Assembly (NCBI GenBank): GCA_027319565.1
Contig: DAHVNA010000031.1
Span: 1 to 24,599 of the forward strand
DNA length: 24,599 nt
Reading direction: 5' to 3'
Source of the DNA: Elusimicrobiota bacterium
GTDB lineage: Bacteria; Elusimicrobiota; Elusimicrobia; UBA1565; UBA9628
Numbering within the stretch: position 1 is the first letter of the stretch; every line of letters starts with the position of its first letter. The notes beneath the pieces are model-generated. The model did no database searches, was not told where the DNA came from, and worked only from the letters and a program-made list of their open reading frames with translations. Position numbers and translations under genes: made by a program. Shown here in pieces: positions 1 through 8,443 of the stretch.

Positions 1-908
1 TCTTTCTGCCTTGCGCCCCCGGAGAAAAAATCGTCATGCGTATTTTGGATTCCTCCGGGCTTAAAGTCCAGATGAACCAACTGGGCTTTGAACCCGAAGC
101 CTTGGCGGTATTTAACAAGTGCATGAACGCCCCCTACGGCATCAATCTCATCACGGGTCCCACGGGCTCGGGAAAATCAACCACCCTTTATTCAGCCTTG
201 GCTAATTTAAACACCCCTGACACCAATATTTTGACCGTTGAAGACCCTGTCGAATATCAACTCCACGGAATCAACCAGGTCCAGGTCAATCCCCATGCGG
301 GGCTGACCTTTGCCTCGGCTCTTCGCTCTTTTTTGCGCCAAGACCCCGACATCATCATGGTCGGAGAAACCCGCGATCTCGAAACCGCTCAAATCGCCAT
401 CAACGCCGCTTTGACGGGACATCTGGTCTTTACCACCCTTCACACTAATGACGCTCCAAGCTCTGTGACTCGGCTTTCAATGATGGGAGTAGAGCCCTTC
501 TTGGTGAGCGCCTCCGTTTTAATGGTTGAAGCTCAGAGGCTGGTGCGGAGCATCTGCCCTAAATGCAAGGAAGCCTACGAAGTTGACGTAGGATCCCTGA
601 TCAAACACAATATCTCGGAAGAGGCATTAAAACCTAAAAACGGAAAGGTCACCCTTTACAAAGGAAAGGGATGCGAATATTGCGCTAACACAGGGTATCG
701 CGGACGCTTGGGGCTCTATGAAGTTTTAGAGATTACCGACCCGATACGCGAGTTGATTTTAAATAAGGCCCCGGCGTCTGAAATAAAGAAAATTGGAGTT
801 AAGCAAGGAATGCTGACCCTGAGAGCCTGCGCTTTAAGAAAGCTTCTCGAAGGAACAACCACCGTGGAAGAAATGATTCGCGTCACGGCCTCTGATATCG
901 AAATATGA
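1..908 (+). CDS. pilB: Type IV pilus assembly ATPase PilB (GspE/PulE family), C-terminal part; 5' end lies outside the window
   Basis: Frame is open from the window edge ([16 protein letters not shown]). Walker [10 protein letters not shown], Asp box TVEDPVE, Walker [13 protein letters not shown], His box [10 protein letters not shown], tetracysteine CPKC..CEYC, GYRGR. Lies upstream of pilT and pilC. Confidence 0.93.
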   Translation, partial: FLPCAPGEKIVMRILDSSGLKVQMNQLGFEPEALAVFNKCMNAPYGINLITGPTGSGKSTTLYSALANLNTPDTNILTVEDPVEYQLHGINQVQVNPHAGLTFASALRSFLRQDPDIIMVGETRDLETAQIAINAALTGHLVFTTLHTNDAPSSVTRLSMMGVEPFLVSASVLMVEAQRLVRSICPKCKEAYEVDVGSLIKHNISEEALKPKNGKVTLYKGKGCEYCANTGYRGRLGLYEVLEITDPIRELILNKAPASEIKKIGVKQGMLTLRACALRKLLEGTTTVEEMIRVTASDIEI

Positions 909-929
909 GCCGACACCTAAGGAGAAATT

Positions 930-2003
930 ATGCCCTCTCTCAGTGAACTCTTTATCCTGATGCATCAGCGCGGCGCCTCCGATTTGCATTTGACCGTTGG
1001 AGCTCCGCCGACTCTTCGCATTGATGGAGAACTCGTGCCCACCCCCTTTGAGAAACTGACGCCGGAAACGACCCAGCAATTGATTTTCTCGCTTCTTAAT
1101 GAACAGCAAAAACAACGCTTTGACTCAACTAATGAGCTCGATCTGGCCTTGGGCATCAAGGGCATTGGACGCCTGCGCGTTAATATCTTTAGACAGCGCG
1201 GGGCTGTCGGCGCCGCCATTCGATCTATTCCCAATCAATTTAAGACCTTTGAACAACTAGGCCTTCCCAAAGCGGTAGAGGATCTCGTCAATATCCCCAA
1301 AGGGCTGATCTTAGTCACCGGTCCAACCGGTTCCGGGAAATCAACCACTTTGGCTAGCATTATCGACTACATCAACGAGCATCACACTCTCCATATCGTG
1401 ACCGTTGAAGACCCCATTGAATACGTCCATTCACACAAAAAATCCATCATCAATCAAAGAGAAGTAGGCCAAGACACGGAAAGTTTTCCCACCGCCCTCA
1501 AATATGTTCTCCGCCAAGATCCCAATGTCATTTTAATCGGGGAGTTGCGAGATCTAGACACAATTTCATCGGCGCTGACCATCGCGGAAACCGGGCACCT
1601 GGTTTTTGGAACCCTGCACACCAACGATTGCGCGCAGTCCATCAACCGCCTCATTGACGTTTTCCCGCCGCATCAGATCAATCAAATCCGCGTTCAACTC
1701 TCCTTTGTTCTCCAAGCCGTATTGTCCCAACAGCTTTTGTCGAACGCTTCGGGAACGGGAAGGTCCTTGGCCTGCGAACTTCTGATGGTCACCTCGGCTG
1801 TCCGCAATTTAATTCGGGAACAAAAAATAGAGCAGATTCAGCTCTCGATTCAAACCGGAGCTAAATTTGGAATGCAGACGATGAACCAGTCCTTGGCGAA
1901 TTTATGCCGCGCACGAAAAATCACTCTCCAGGAGGCCTTTTTACACTCAACGGACCCGGAAGATCTCAAGAGACTTCTCAATCAAAGCCAAGTACCGGTC
2001 TGA
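930..2003 (+). CDS. pilT: Type IV pilus retraction ATPase PilT
   Basis: ASDLHLTVGAPP, Walker [45 protein letters not shown] (PilT AIRNLIRE motif), GMQTM. SD TAAGGAG at 918-924. Confidence 0.95.
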   Translation: MPSLSELFILMHQRGASDLHLTVGAPPTLRIDGELVPTPFEKLTPETTQQLIFSLLNEQQKQRFDSTNELDLALGIKGIGRLRVNIFRQRGAVGAAIRSIPNQFKTFEQLGLPKAVEDLVNIPKGLILVTGPTGSGKSTTLASIIDYINEHHTLHIVTVEDPIEYVHSHKKSIINQREVGQDTESFPTALKYVLRQDPNVILIGELRDLDTISSALTIAETGHLVFGTLHTNDCAQSINRLIDVFPPHQINQIRVQLSFVLQAVLSQQLLSNASGTGRSLACELLMVTSAVRNLIREQKIEQIQLSIQTGAKFGMQTMNQSLANLCRARKITLQEAFLHSTDPEDLKRLLNQSQVPV

Positions 2004-2011
2004 GATGAACG

Positions 2012-3232
2012 ATGCCTACATTTGCCTATAAAGTTAAAGCGGGAGACGGGAAAATAACCTCCGGCGCCATTGACGCCGATGCCCCGCGTTCCGCCATCGA
2101 TCGCCTACGAGCCCAAAAACTCGTCGTTCTCGAAATCGCCGAAAAAAAGGCCGGAATGTCGGATAAGTTTAAGGGTTTTCTTAAAGGCAAAGTCTCTTCA
2201 AAAGAGCTGACTCTTTTTTCCCGCCAGCTCGCGACATTGGTCGCGGCCGGAGTGCCTATCGTCCAAAGCCTCAGCATTTTGGAGGGACAGGCGGAAAGTA
2301 AAAACTTCCACGAAGTCTTGACCGCGGTCAAAGCCGACATCGAAGGCGGCCTATCTATTTCTGACGCTCTCAAAAAACATCCGCGCGCTTTTCCCGATCT
2401 CTATACCGCGATGGTCAAGGCCGGAGAGCTCGGCGGAATTCTCGATTCCATTCTTGAACGCTTAAGCGTCTATTTGGAAAGTTCCGAAGCCCTTAAGGGC
2501 AAGGTCAAATCGGCGATGACCTACCCCATCGTCGTTTTAAGCATCTGCGCTGCGGTCACGATTTTCCTCCTCATCTTCGTCATCCCCACTTTTAAGTCGA
2601 TTTTTGCCAGTTTCCATTCCGCCCTGCCAGCCCCGACCCAAGCGCTTCTCGATCTGTCGGATTTTCTCAGACACAATTTTTGGATTATCTTCGTCGTCCC
2701 GCTGGCCGCCTGGCGGGGGTTTAAGGTCGCTTACGCCAATCCCAAAAGTCGGAGATGGATCGATGGGCAGATACTCAAACTCCCTATGTTTGGAGTGCTA
2801 CTTCGCAAGTTCGCCATCGCCCGCTTTTCAAGAACTCTTGGCACTCTCGTAAAATCCGGAGTTCCCATTCTCCAGGCTCTTGAAACCGTCGCTCAAACCG
2901 CCGGAAACGTAGTCATCGAAGACGCCATTTTATCGGCAAGACAGGCCATTAAAGAAGGCGGACATTTAAGCGAACCTCTTAAAAAATCCGGAATTTTCCC
3001 GACCATGGTGACCTCCATGATATCCGTCGGAGAAGAAACAGGGAACCTCGATCAGATGCTCCAGAAAATAGCCGATTTTTATGACGGCGAAGTCGACGCC
3101 GCCGTCAAAGGCCTGACCTCGATGATCGAGCCTATCGTGATCGTGATTATGGGAATTGTCATCGGTTCTATTGTCATCGCGATGTTTCTGCCGATGTTCG
3201 ACATGGATGAACTGGTCAGCAAAACCCAGTAG
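2012..3232 (+). CDS. pilC: Type IV pilus inner-membrane platform protein PilC (GspF family)
   Basis: Two T2SSF repeats (FSRQLATLVAAGVPI and FSRTLGTLVKSGVPI), AGELGG/VGEETG, AMTYP, C-terminal IEP...AMFLPMF. Operon context. Confidence 0.95.
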   Translation: MPTFAYKVKAGDGKITSGAIDADAPRSAIDRLRAQKLVVLEIAEKKAGMSDKFKGFLKGKVSSKELTLFSRQLATLVAAGVPIVQSLSILEGQAESKNFHEVLTAVKADIEGGLSISDALKKHPRAFPDLYTAMVKAGELGGILDSILERLSVYLESSEALKGKVKSAMTYPIVVLSICAAVTIFLLIFVIPTFKSIFASFHSALPAPTQALLDLSDFLRHNFWIIFVVPLAAWRGFKVAYANPKSRRWIDGQILKLPMFGVLLRKFAIARFSRTLGTLVKSGVPILQALETVAQTAGNVVIEDAILSARQAIKEGGHLSEPLKKSGIFPTMVTSMISVGEETGNLDQMLQKIADFYDGEVDAAVKGLTSMIEPIVIVIMGIVIGSIVIAMFLPMFDMDELVSKTQ

Positions 3233-3235
3233 ACG

Positions 3236-4540
3236 CTATTGATTTAGAAGTTTTTTATCCCTAAGAAAGCGGTGATAGCCAATTCCAAAGCGATGGGCCT
3301 CATCCCTGAGGTGTTCCAAAAGATTGCGAGCCAAGCTCCCGCGCTCCAGGATAATCGATTGCGATTGGCCAGGAATAAAGACCTCTTCCAGACGCTTGGC
3401 CAAGGAAATCACCGGTATAGAAACTCCAATTTCTTTAAGCGCCGCCTCCGCCGCGGACAATTGTCCCTTGCCGCCGTCAATTAAAATCAAATCCGGATAA
3501 GGCTGATTTTCTCTTTTGAGCCTAAGATATCTTCGGCGCACGGCTTCTCCCATCGATTTAAAGTCGTCAATCCCAGAGGTCTCTTGAATCCGAAAACGCC
3601 GGTAATGCGCCTTATGCGGAACCCCTCCTTTAAAACAGACCATCGCGGCCACGGTTTCATGCCCCTGAAAATGAGAGATATCAAAACACTCGATATGAAA
3701 AGGCGGAGTTTTGAGAGACAAGGCTTGTTGAAGCGCGCTCACCGCACGGGAAGAACTGACGGTCTCGCTTAAATCCTCGGATTTAAGCGCCCGCAAGCGC
3801 ACGTTTTCCCCCATCTGAGACAAGGCAGAAACGCTGTCTCTTAAGCGCGCCGCCCGCTCGTAATCGAGTTTGGAAGAAGCGGTCTTCATTTCTTCAATGA
3901 GAGACTTTTTAAGTTTCTGATATTCCCCATTGAAGAAAAATTTCGCGTTTTCAACCTCTCGACGATATTCCTCATGCGAAATGAGTCCGGCGCAAGGCGC
4001 CGGGCAATCGCCGGTATGATAATAGAGACAGGAATTGATTTTTGCCGGAGATAAGGGGCGCTCAAACCCGAAATCCCAACGGCAGGGCCGCAAACGAAAG
4101 TATTTGCGCCGCCACAAAAAACGCAAGAGCGCGCGCACGGGAGAAACCTTGGGGAAAGGGCCAAAATAAGCGGCGCCGTCAGAACTTTTTCTGCGCGCCA
4201 GGAAAATTCGCGGAAAATCCTCCTGGAGACTAATTTTGACATAAGGATAGGCCTTGTCATCCTTAAGCGCGATATTAAAAAAAGGCTTTTTCTCTTTAAT
4301 GAGGCTCCGTTCGAGCAAAAGAGCTTCTCTTTCCGAGTCGCACGGGATATAATCAATTTTTCGGATTAATGGCACCAAAACCGAGGTTTTTAAGTTCGCG
4401 CGCTCCGGATTAAAATACTGCGCGACGCGCTTGGCCAAATCCTTGGCCTTGCCAATATAGAGAATTTCCGAAGCGGCATCTCTCATCAAATACACCCCGC
4501 AAGCATGCGGCACGTGCCCGTAGATGTCTTTTCTATTCAT
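3236..4540 (-). CDS. uvrC: Excinuclease ABC subunit C, short form (434 aa, no HhH domain)
   Basis: GIY-YIG domain (GVYLM..ILYIGKAKDL..RV.QYF, EALLLE, FNI), four-Cys region, UVR coil (M..AS..LDYERAARLRD), RNase H-like domain (IECFDISH, LILIDGGKGQ, LRDEAHRF). Confidence 0.92.
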   Translation of the reverse strand: MNRKDIYGHVPHACGVYLMRDAASEILYIGKAKDLAKRVAQYFNPERANLKTSVLVPLIRKIDYIPCDSEREALLLERSLIKEKKPFFNIALKDDKAYPYVKISLQEDFPRIFLARRKSSDGAAYFGPFPKVSPVRALLRFLWRRKYFRLRPCRWDFGFERPLSPAKINSCLYYHTGDCPAPCAGLISHEEYRREVENAKFFFNGEYQKLKKSLIEEMKTASSKLDYERAARLRDSVSALSQMGENVRLRALKSEDLSETVSSSRAVSALQQALSLKTPPFHIECFDISHFQGHETVAAMVCFKGGVPHKAHYRRFRIQETSGIDDFKSMGEAVRRRYLRLKRENQPYPDLILIDGGKGQLSAAEAALKEIGVSIPVISLAKRLEEVFIPGQSQSIILERGSLARNLLEHLRDEAHRFGIGYHRFLRDKKLLNQ

Positions 4541-4663
4541 GTCTATTGACAGAAGGAACTCTAATGAGTGACGCCCAAAAACTCACCATTTCGGTGGAGA
4601 GTAATCACTCGGGATTCTCACCTTAGGAGATTTTCTGGGTAGATAGAGGCTTTAGCGGGTAAT

Positions 4664-6517
4664 TTAGTCCTCATTTATAAGCTTCTTGGCTTTTCCGTCC
4701 CAGGCTTTTTTCTCTTTCTCGCTCAAAAATTTCTTGTGCACGATGGCTTCGTAGACGTTCTCTTTAAACCAGTCTAAATACATATGATAGATGCCCTTTG
4801 TCCCGACTTTATCTCCCCAGGAATTTTCCACCCTGAATTTCACTATTGGAGCCTTTTCATCCGGACGATCGTAACCGGTGAAGGCCATGGCGTGATTGGG
4901 CGTTCTAAGCCAAAGATAGGTCGCATCATCTCGGGATATTTTTTCTTTTTTCTCGGCCTCGGAAAAGCCATAGATGGATTTCCGATCATAAATTTGCGGA
5001 TGCATGATTCCGGTGGTATTGTCGGTGTCCCTGCCCATTTCAGCCGCAAACCAGATGGGATGGCCTTCATCGATGGAGGCTGCGACCAATTCCGCCATGC
5101 GCTCCGCTCCGACTTGGATGAAGCGGTGATTAAAGGCGGGATCCCCCGGTTTTGAAGCCCCAATGGCTGAATCCTCCACTTCATAGACGGCGCCCTTTTC
5201 TTTTCGGGAATAATTGGCCATGGTGACATAGTCTTCAGGGTTAAATTGAGCTACTTCTTTTGAAAACTCTTGCGGCGTATAACGGGTAATCTTCGCCGGA
5301 ATTTTCGAGACTTCCTCCGGCTTGTCCACTTTCGCGTCTTGCCTGAAATCAAATTCCGTTGGGGGCGTTCCCAAATGAGTGGAGAGAATTTTCCAGATTC
5401 GCCTCAGGGCTTGTTCCTTTATTTGGGAGGCTTTTTTTGCCGTACCCAGAGACGGATTTTGGCGCATGAGATTCATCAACTCCGATGCGTAGAGCGAAAG
5501 AGAAGACTGAATTTCGCTTCCCAAGAGGGCGCTGTTTTGAGAGCTTGCGGTTTCCGCCATCGCCCGTTTCGGGACAAGCCCGTATTTTGAGACTAGGAAC
5601 TGAAACCAGTTGAACCAGCCGCCGTCCCCGATTTTAGTATTCGGAGTCATGAGAGATCGAAATTTCTGATCGGGAATATTCGCGCCGGACATCTGGGCAA
5701 GGGCAACTCTAAGGGTCTTTTCCATATAGCTGTTTGATTGCTCCAGCATACTGAAAAAATAAATATAGTTTTCGGAAAACTCGAAATCCTTCGGCAGCTT
5801 TTTTTCGACCAAGAGATGAGATCGAATCGCGTTAAGTCCGGCGAAAATCCAGCAGCGTCCGGACTGTGCTTGATCCGTGATAAGGCCATCCGGGACTTTG
5901 ACGGTGTACTGATCGTTGTGCTGGGCGATCACTTTCCGGTTGAGAGCGACTTTATCAAAGCCGAGATTTTCAGCGGCATCTCTAAGCCTTTGAACTTCTG
6001 GAGATGCCTTGGCATTGTCTTCCTTCATTTTTTCGACCCAATCGGACGGAATATCCTTGCGCCCCTTTGCGACTTCTATCATCTCCTTTAACTGCCGCAG
6101 GGCCATGTTTTTGGAAGCGAATTTCTTTCCAAGGGAGGCTTTCCGTTTGCGGGTAGCCTTAGAATTTTTCCGGGTATTTATTTTTTTGAGAGAGTCGTTT
6201 TGAAGCTCAGGAGAAGAGCCTTCTTTTTTTAATGATTGACCGGACAGTGCAGCCTGATTTTGCGAAGCGGGCAGCAAAGACTCTGTTTGAAGCGGCGCCG
6301 GGACGGAGGGGATATCAAGAGGGACGTTGCCGTTCTCAATTTTTTCTCCGAGGGAGGGACTCAAGGCGCTCTGCCCGATTCCTGAGGGTACCGCCTCTAA
6401 GGCGGGCGCTTTTTCCGAAAATTCAACGGCTGAAACCGAGGGCGGAATTTGCAGAATCAAAAAGGAAGCGATGAGGGCCAGTCTTATCCATGTATCGAGT
6501 CTCGGCATTTTATTCAT
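4664..6517 (-). CDS. C1B-family (bleomycin hydrolase/PepC-like) cysteine peptidase with signal peptide and long low-complexity N-terminal extension
   Basis: QAQSGRCWIFA (oxyanion Gln and catalytic Cys), DGGWF, KYGLVPK, PNHAM (His), VENSWG (Asn). Hydrophobic N-terminus ending VSA. GGAG SD upstream of the ATG. Confidence 0.88.
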   Translation of the reverse strand: MNKMPRLDTWIRLALIASFLILQIPPSVSAVEFSEKAPALEAVPSGIGQSALSPSLGEKIENGNVPLDIPSVPAPLQTESLLPASQNQAALSGQSLKKEGSSPELQNDSLKKINTRKNSKATRKRKASLGKKFASKNMALRQLKEMIEVAKGRKDIPSDWVEKMKEDNAKASPEVQRLRDAAENLGFDKVALNRKVIAQHNDQYTVKVPDGLITDQAQSGRCWIFAGLNAIRSHLLVEKKLPKDFEFSENYIYFFSMLEQSNSYMEKTLRVALAQMSGANIPDQKFRSLMTPNTKIGDGGWFNWFQFLVSKYGLVPKRAMAETASSQNSALLGSEIQSSLSLYASELMNLMRQNPSLGTAKKASQIKEQALRRIWKILSTHLGTPPTEFDFRQDAKVDKPEEVSKIPAKITRYTPQEFSKEVAQFNPEDYVTMANYSRKEKGAVYEVEDSAIGASKPGDPAFNHRFIQVGAERMAELVAASIDEGHPIWFAAEMGRDTDNTTGIMHPQIYDRKSIYGFSEAEKKEKISRDDATYLWLRTPNHAMAFTGYDRPDEKAPIVKFRVENSWGDKVGTKGIYHMYLDWFKENVYEAIVHKKFLSEKEKKAWDGKAKKLINED

Positions 6518-6554
6518 CGAATATCTCCAGGCGATTGTTTTTTCCTTCCACAGT

Positions 6555-6583
6555 ATTATACGGAGGTTCCTTTTATTCTGGAA
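6555..6583 (-). promoter_or_regulatory. Putative sigma70 promoter of the C1B peptidase (leadered mRNA)
   Basis: Minus strand TTCCAG-17 nt-TATAAT. The -10 lies 37 nt upstream of the ATG, with a GGAG SD in the leader. Confidence 0.55.
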
Positions 6584-6649
6584 GGGCCATTAGGCCTAGG
6601 AGTTTCATGGGTCTTTAGGTCTCAGGGGTAAGCCCTACGTAAATGACTA

Positions 6650-6678
6650 TTGACAAACGAAAAACCGGGGGTTACACT
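6650..6678 (+). promoter_or_regulatory. Sigma70 promoter of the ankyrin gene
   Basis: TTGACA (6650-6655), 17 nt spacer, TACACT (6673-6678). ATG follows 8 nt later at 6687. Confidence 0.75.
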
Positions 6679-6686
6679 TGGAAGAG

Positions 6687-7436
6687 ATGAGAAAATCACC
6701 CGGGCGTTTTTTATGGGCGCTCGCGGCCTTGGTCTTGGCTTTTGCCTTGCTGGCAAACCAGGCCTTTGCTACGGCTTTAGATTCAAGTTTGATTACGGCC
6801 GTCAAGCAAGGCCAAGAAAGTACGGCTCTTAGTCTCTTATCCCAGGGAGCCAATCCCAACGCCTTTGATTCCTATGGGTATACGGCGACTATGTGGGCGG
6901 TCAGCCGCGCGGACTCTTCTCTTTTATCGGCTCTTTTAAAAGCGGGAGGAGATCTGACTCACGTACCAGCCTCCTTTAACCCCGTCATCGAAGCCGCAAA
7001 GGCGGGAAATGCGGGAAATATTTCGATTCTAAGCTCCTTAAGCTATGCCGTCAATACCCCCGACGCTCTTGGAAATACCGCCCTGATGTATGCCGCGGTC
7101 ATCGGTTCCACCTCTTCGGTTCAGGCCCTGCTAAGCGCGAAAGCCAATATTAACGCGCAAGATGTCCATGGTCAAACGGCCTTGATTAAATCCGCGCAGA
7201 ATGGGGACGCCGCCATGGTCACATTTCTCGCTTCTAACGGCGCCAATATCAACGCCCAAGACCATTTTGGATACAGCGCGCTAATGTGGGCGGCGCACAA
7301 TGGTCAACTCGCCGTAGTCCAAGCCCTTCTATCGAGCCATGCTTTGACCTCCCTTCAAGGTCACGATGGAATGACAGCCTTAAGCATCGCCCAAAAGCGC
7401 GGCTACGCCCAAATTGCCAATATCCTTAAAGGCTAA
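6687..7436 (+). CDS. Exported ankyrin-repeat protein (about 7 repeats)
   Basis: Signal peptide MRKSPGRFLWALAALVLAFALLANQAFA. Repeats of the form G.TAL..AA..G....V..LL..GANINAQD. Start moved from the track's TTG 6678, which overlaps the -10 box, to ATG 6687. Confidence 0.9.
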   Translation: MRKSPGRFLWALAALVLAFALLANQAFATALDSSLITAVKQGQESTALSLLSQGANPNAFDSYGYTATMWAVSRADSSLLSALLKAGGDLTHVPASFNPVIEAAKAGNAGNISILSSLSYAVNTPDALGNTALMYAAVIGSTSSVQALLSAKANINAQDVHGQTALIKSAQNGDAAMVTFLASNGANINAQDHFGYSALMWAAHNGQLAVVQALLSSHALTSLQGHDGMTALSIAQKRGYAQIANILKG

Positions 7437-7453
7437 ATTCCAAAAAAATAAGC

Positions 7454-7459
7454 TAAACT
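7454..7459 (+). promoter_or_regulatory. Putative -10 element for a leaderless dppC-like transcript
   Basis: TAAACT, 6 nt, then ATG 7466. A-rich upstream. No convincing -35. Confidence 0.45.
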
Positions 7460-7465
7460 TAAGGC

Positions 7466-8404
7466 ATGGACGCGCAAGCCAATGACGATAATGGCTCTAA
7501 TGCCCCGGTTGTTTCGTCGCTCAAAAGTAAACTTGTTTTTTTTAAGAAAGGATTTCGCAAAAGGCCCTCTGCCCTGTTTGGGTTGTCCTTGATTTTATTT
7601 TTTGTCCTCATCGCGGCCTTCAGCTCTTGGCTCGCTCCCGTGCCGCCGGACAGCCGAAACCCCTATTTGATTCCAGAATTTGGATACAGTCCAGAGCCTA
7701 AACTTCCCAGTCACTCCCATCCCTTTGGGACGACCGAGGACCAGTATGACCTCTATTACGGCATGGTCTGGGGAACCCGCACCGCGCTTAAGGTCGCCGT
7801 AATCGTGGTTGGGTTTTCGGTGCTGCTTGGGATTTTTCTGGGAGGTCTTTCCGGTTATTTCGGCGGCTGGGTGGATGAACTCATCATGCGCTTTACCGAC
7901 GTAATTTTAGCCCTGCCCAGCCTTCTTCTGGCGGTCGTCATCGTCGCGATCACCGGCCCCAGCCTCAGCCATGTCATGATTTCCGTCACCGCCGTTTCTT
8001 GGCCGTCATATGCGCGACTCCTTAGAGGAGACGTTCTCGCCATAAAAAATCGAGAATTTATTCAAGCCTCGCGCGCCTTGGGGGCTTCTCACCTGAGAAT
8101 ATTTTTAAGGCATATTCTCCCCAACTGCATTTACCCGATACTCGTTCTCGCCTCCTTGGACATGGGTTCAATTGTCATCACCGCCGCGGCTTTGAGCTTT
8201 CTGGGTCTGGGAGCGCCCCTGGGATACGCCGATTGGGGGCAACTCATTTCTCTTTCCCGAAACTGGATTATGGGTTCTTCCGGAAACCCCTTCGCCTATT
8301 GGAACACCTTCACCATCCCGGGACTAGCAATTTTTCTCTTTGTCTTGGGCTGGAATCTGTTGGGCGATGGGCTCAGAGACATACTCGATCCCCGGCAAGG
8401 ATAG
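7466..8404 (+). CDS. Peptide/nickel ABC transporter permease, DppC/OppC family
   Basis: HPFGT..QYDLYYGMVWGTRTAL, GYFGGWVDELIMRFTD, EAA loop EFIQASRALGAS, HILPN, LSFLGLG, NLLGDGLRDILDPR. Confidence 0.92.
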   Translation: MDAQANDDNGSNAPVVSSLKSKLVFFKKGFRKRPSALFGLSLILFFVLIAAFSSWLAPVPPDSRNPYLIPEFGYSPEPKLPSHSHPFGTTEDQYDLYYGMVWGTRTALKVAVIVVGFSVLLGIFLGGLSGYFGGWVDELIMRFTDVILALPSLLLAVVIVAITGPSLSHVMISVTAVSWPSYARLLRGDVLAIKNREFIQASRALGASHLRIFLRHILPNCIYPILVLASLDMGSIVITAAALSFLGLGAPLGYADWGQLISLSRNWIMGSSGNPFAYWNTFTIPGLAIFLFVLGWNLLGDGLRDILDPRQG

Positions 8405-8408
8405 CTAT

Positions 8409-8437
8409 TTGACTCTTGGTTCTCCGTTTGAGAAAAT
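8409..8437 (+). promoter_or_regulatory. Putative sigma70 promoter (extended -10) for a leaderless acyl-CoA ligase transcript
   Basis: TTGACT (8409-8414), 17 nt spacer, GAAAAT (8432-8437) preceded by TGn. ATG 8444 follows 6 nt later. Confidence 0.55.
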
Positions 8438-8443
8438 GAATCC

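Noticed and set aside
4590..4640. Loose resemblance to a glycine riboswitch (GGAGAG..CACC..AGGAG)
   Set aside because: The core GCCGAAG and CTCTCAGG elements are missing, and that strand leads into no gene.
6585..6640. Short palindromes (GGCC-ATTA-GGCC, TAGGCCTA, AGGG-GTAAG-CCCT) between the divergent promoters
   Set aside because: The stems are only 4 bp and are expected by chance. There is no U-tract and no recognisable operator.
7143..7261. Near-identical DNA repeat GCCAATATYAACGCSCAAGA, 99 bp apart
   Set aside because: Explained by adjacent 33-aa ankyrin repeats (ANINAQD). Not a CRISPR or mobile-element repeat.
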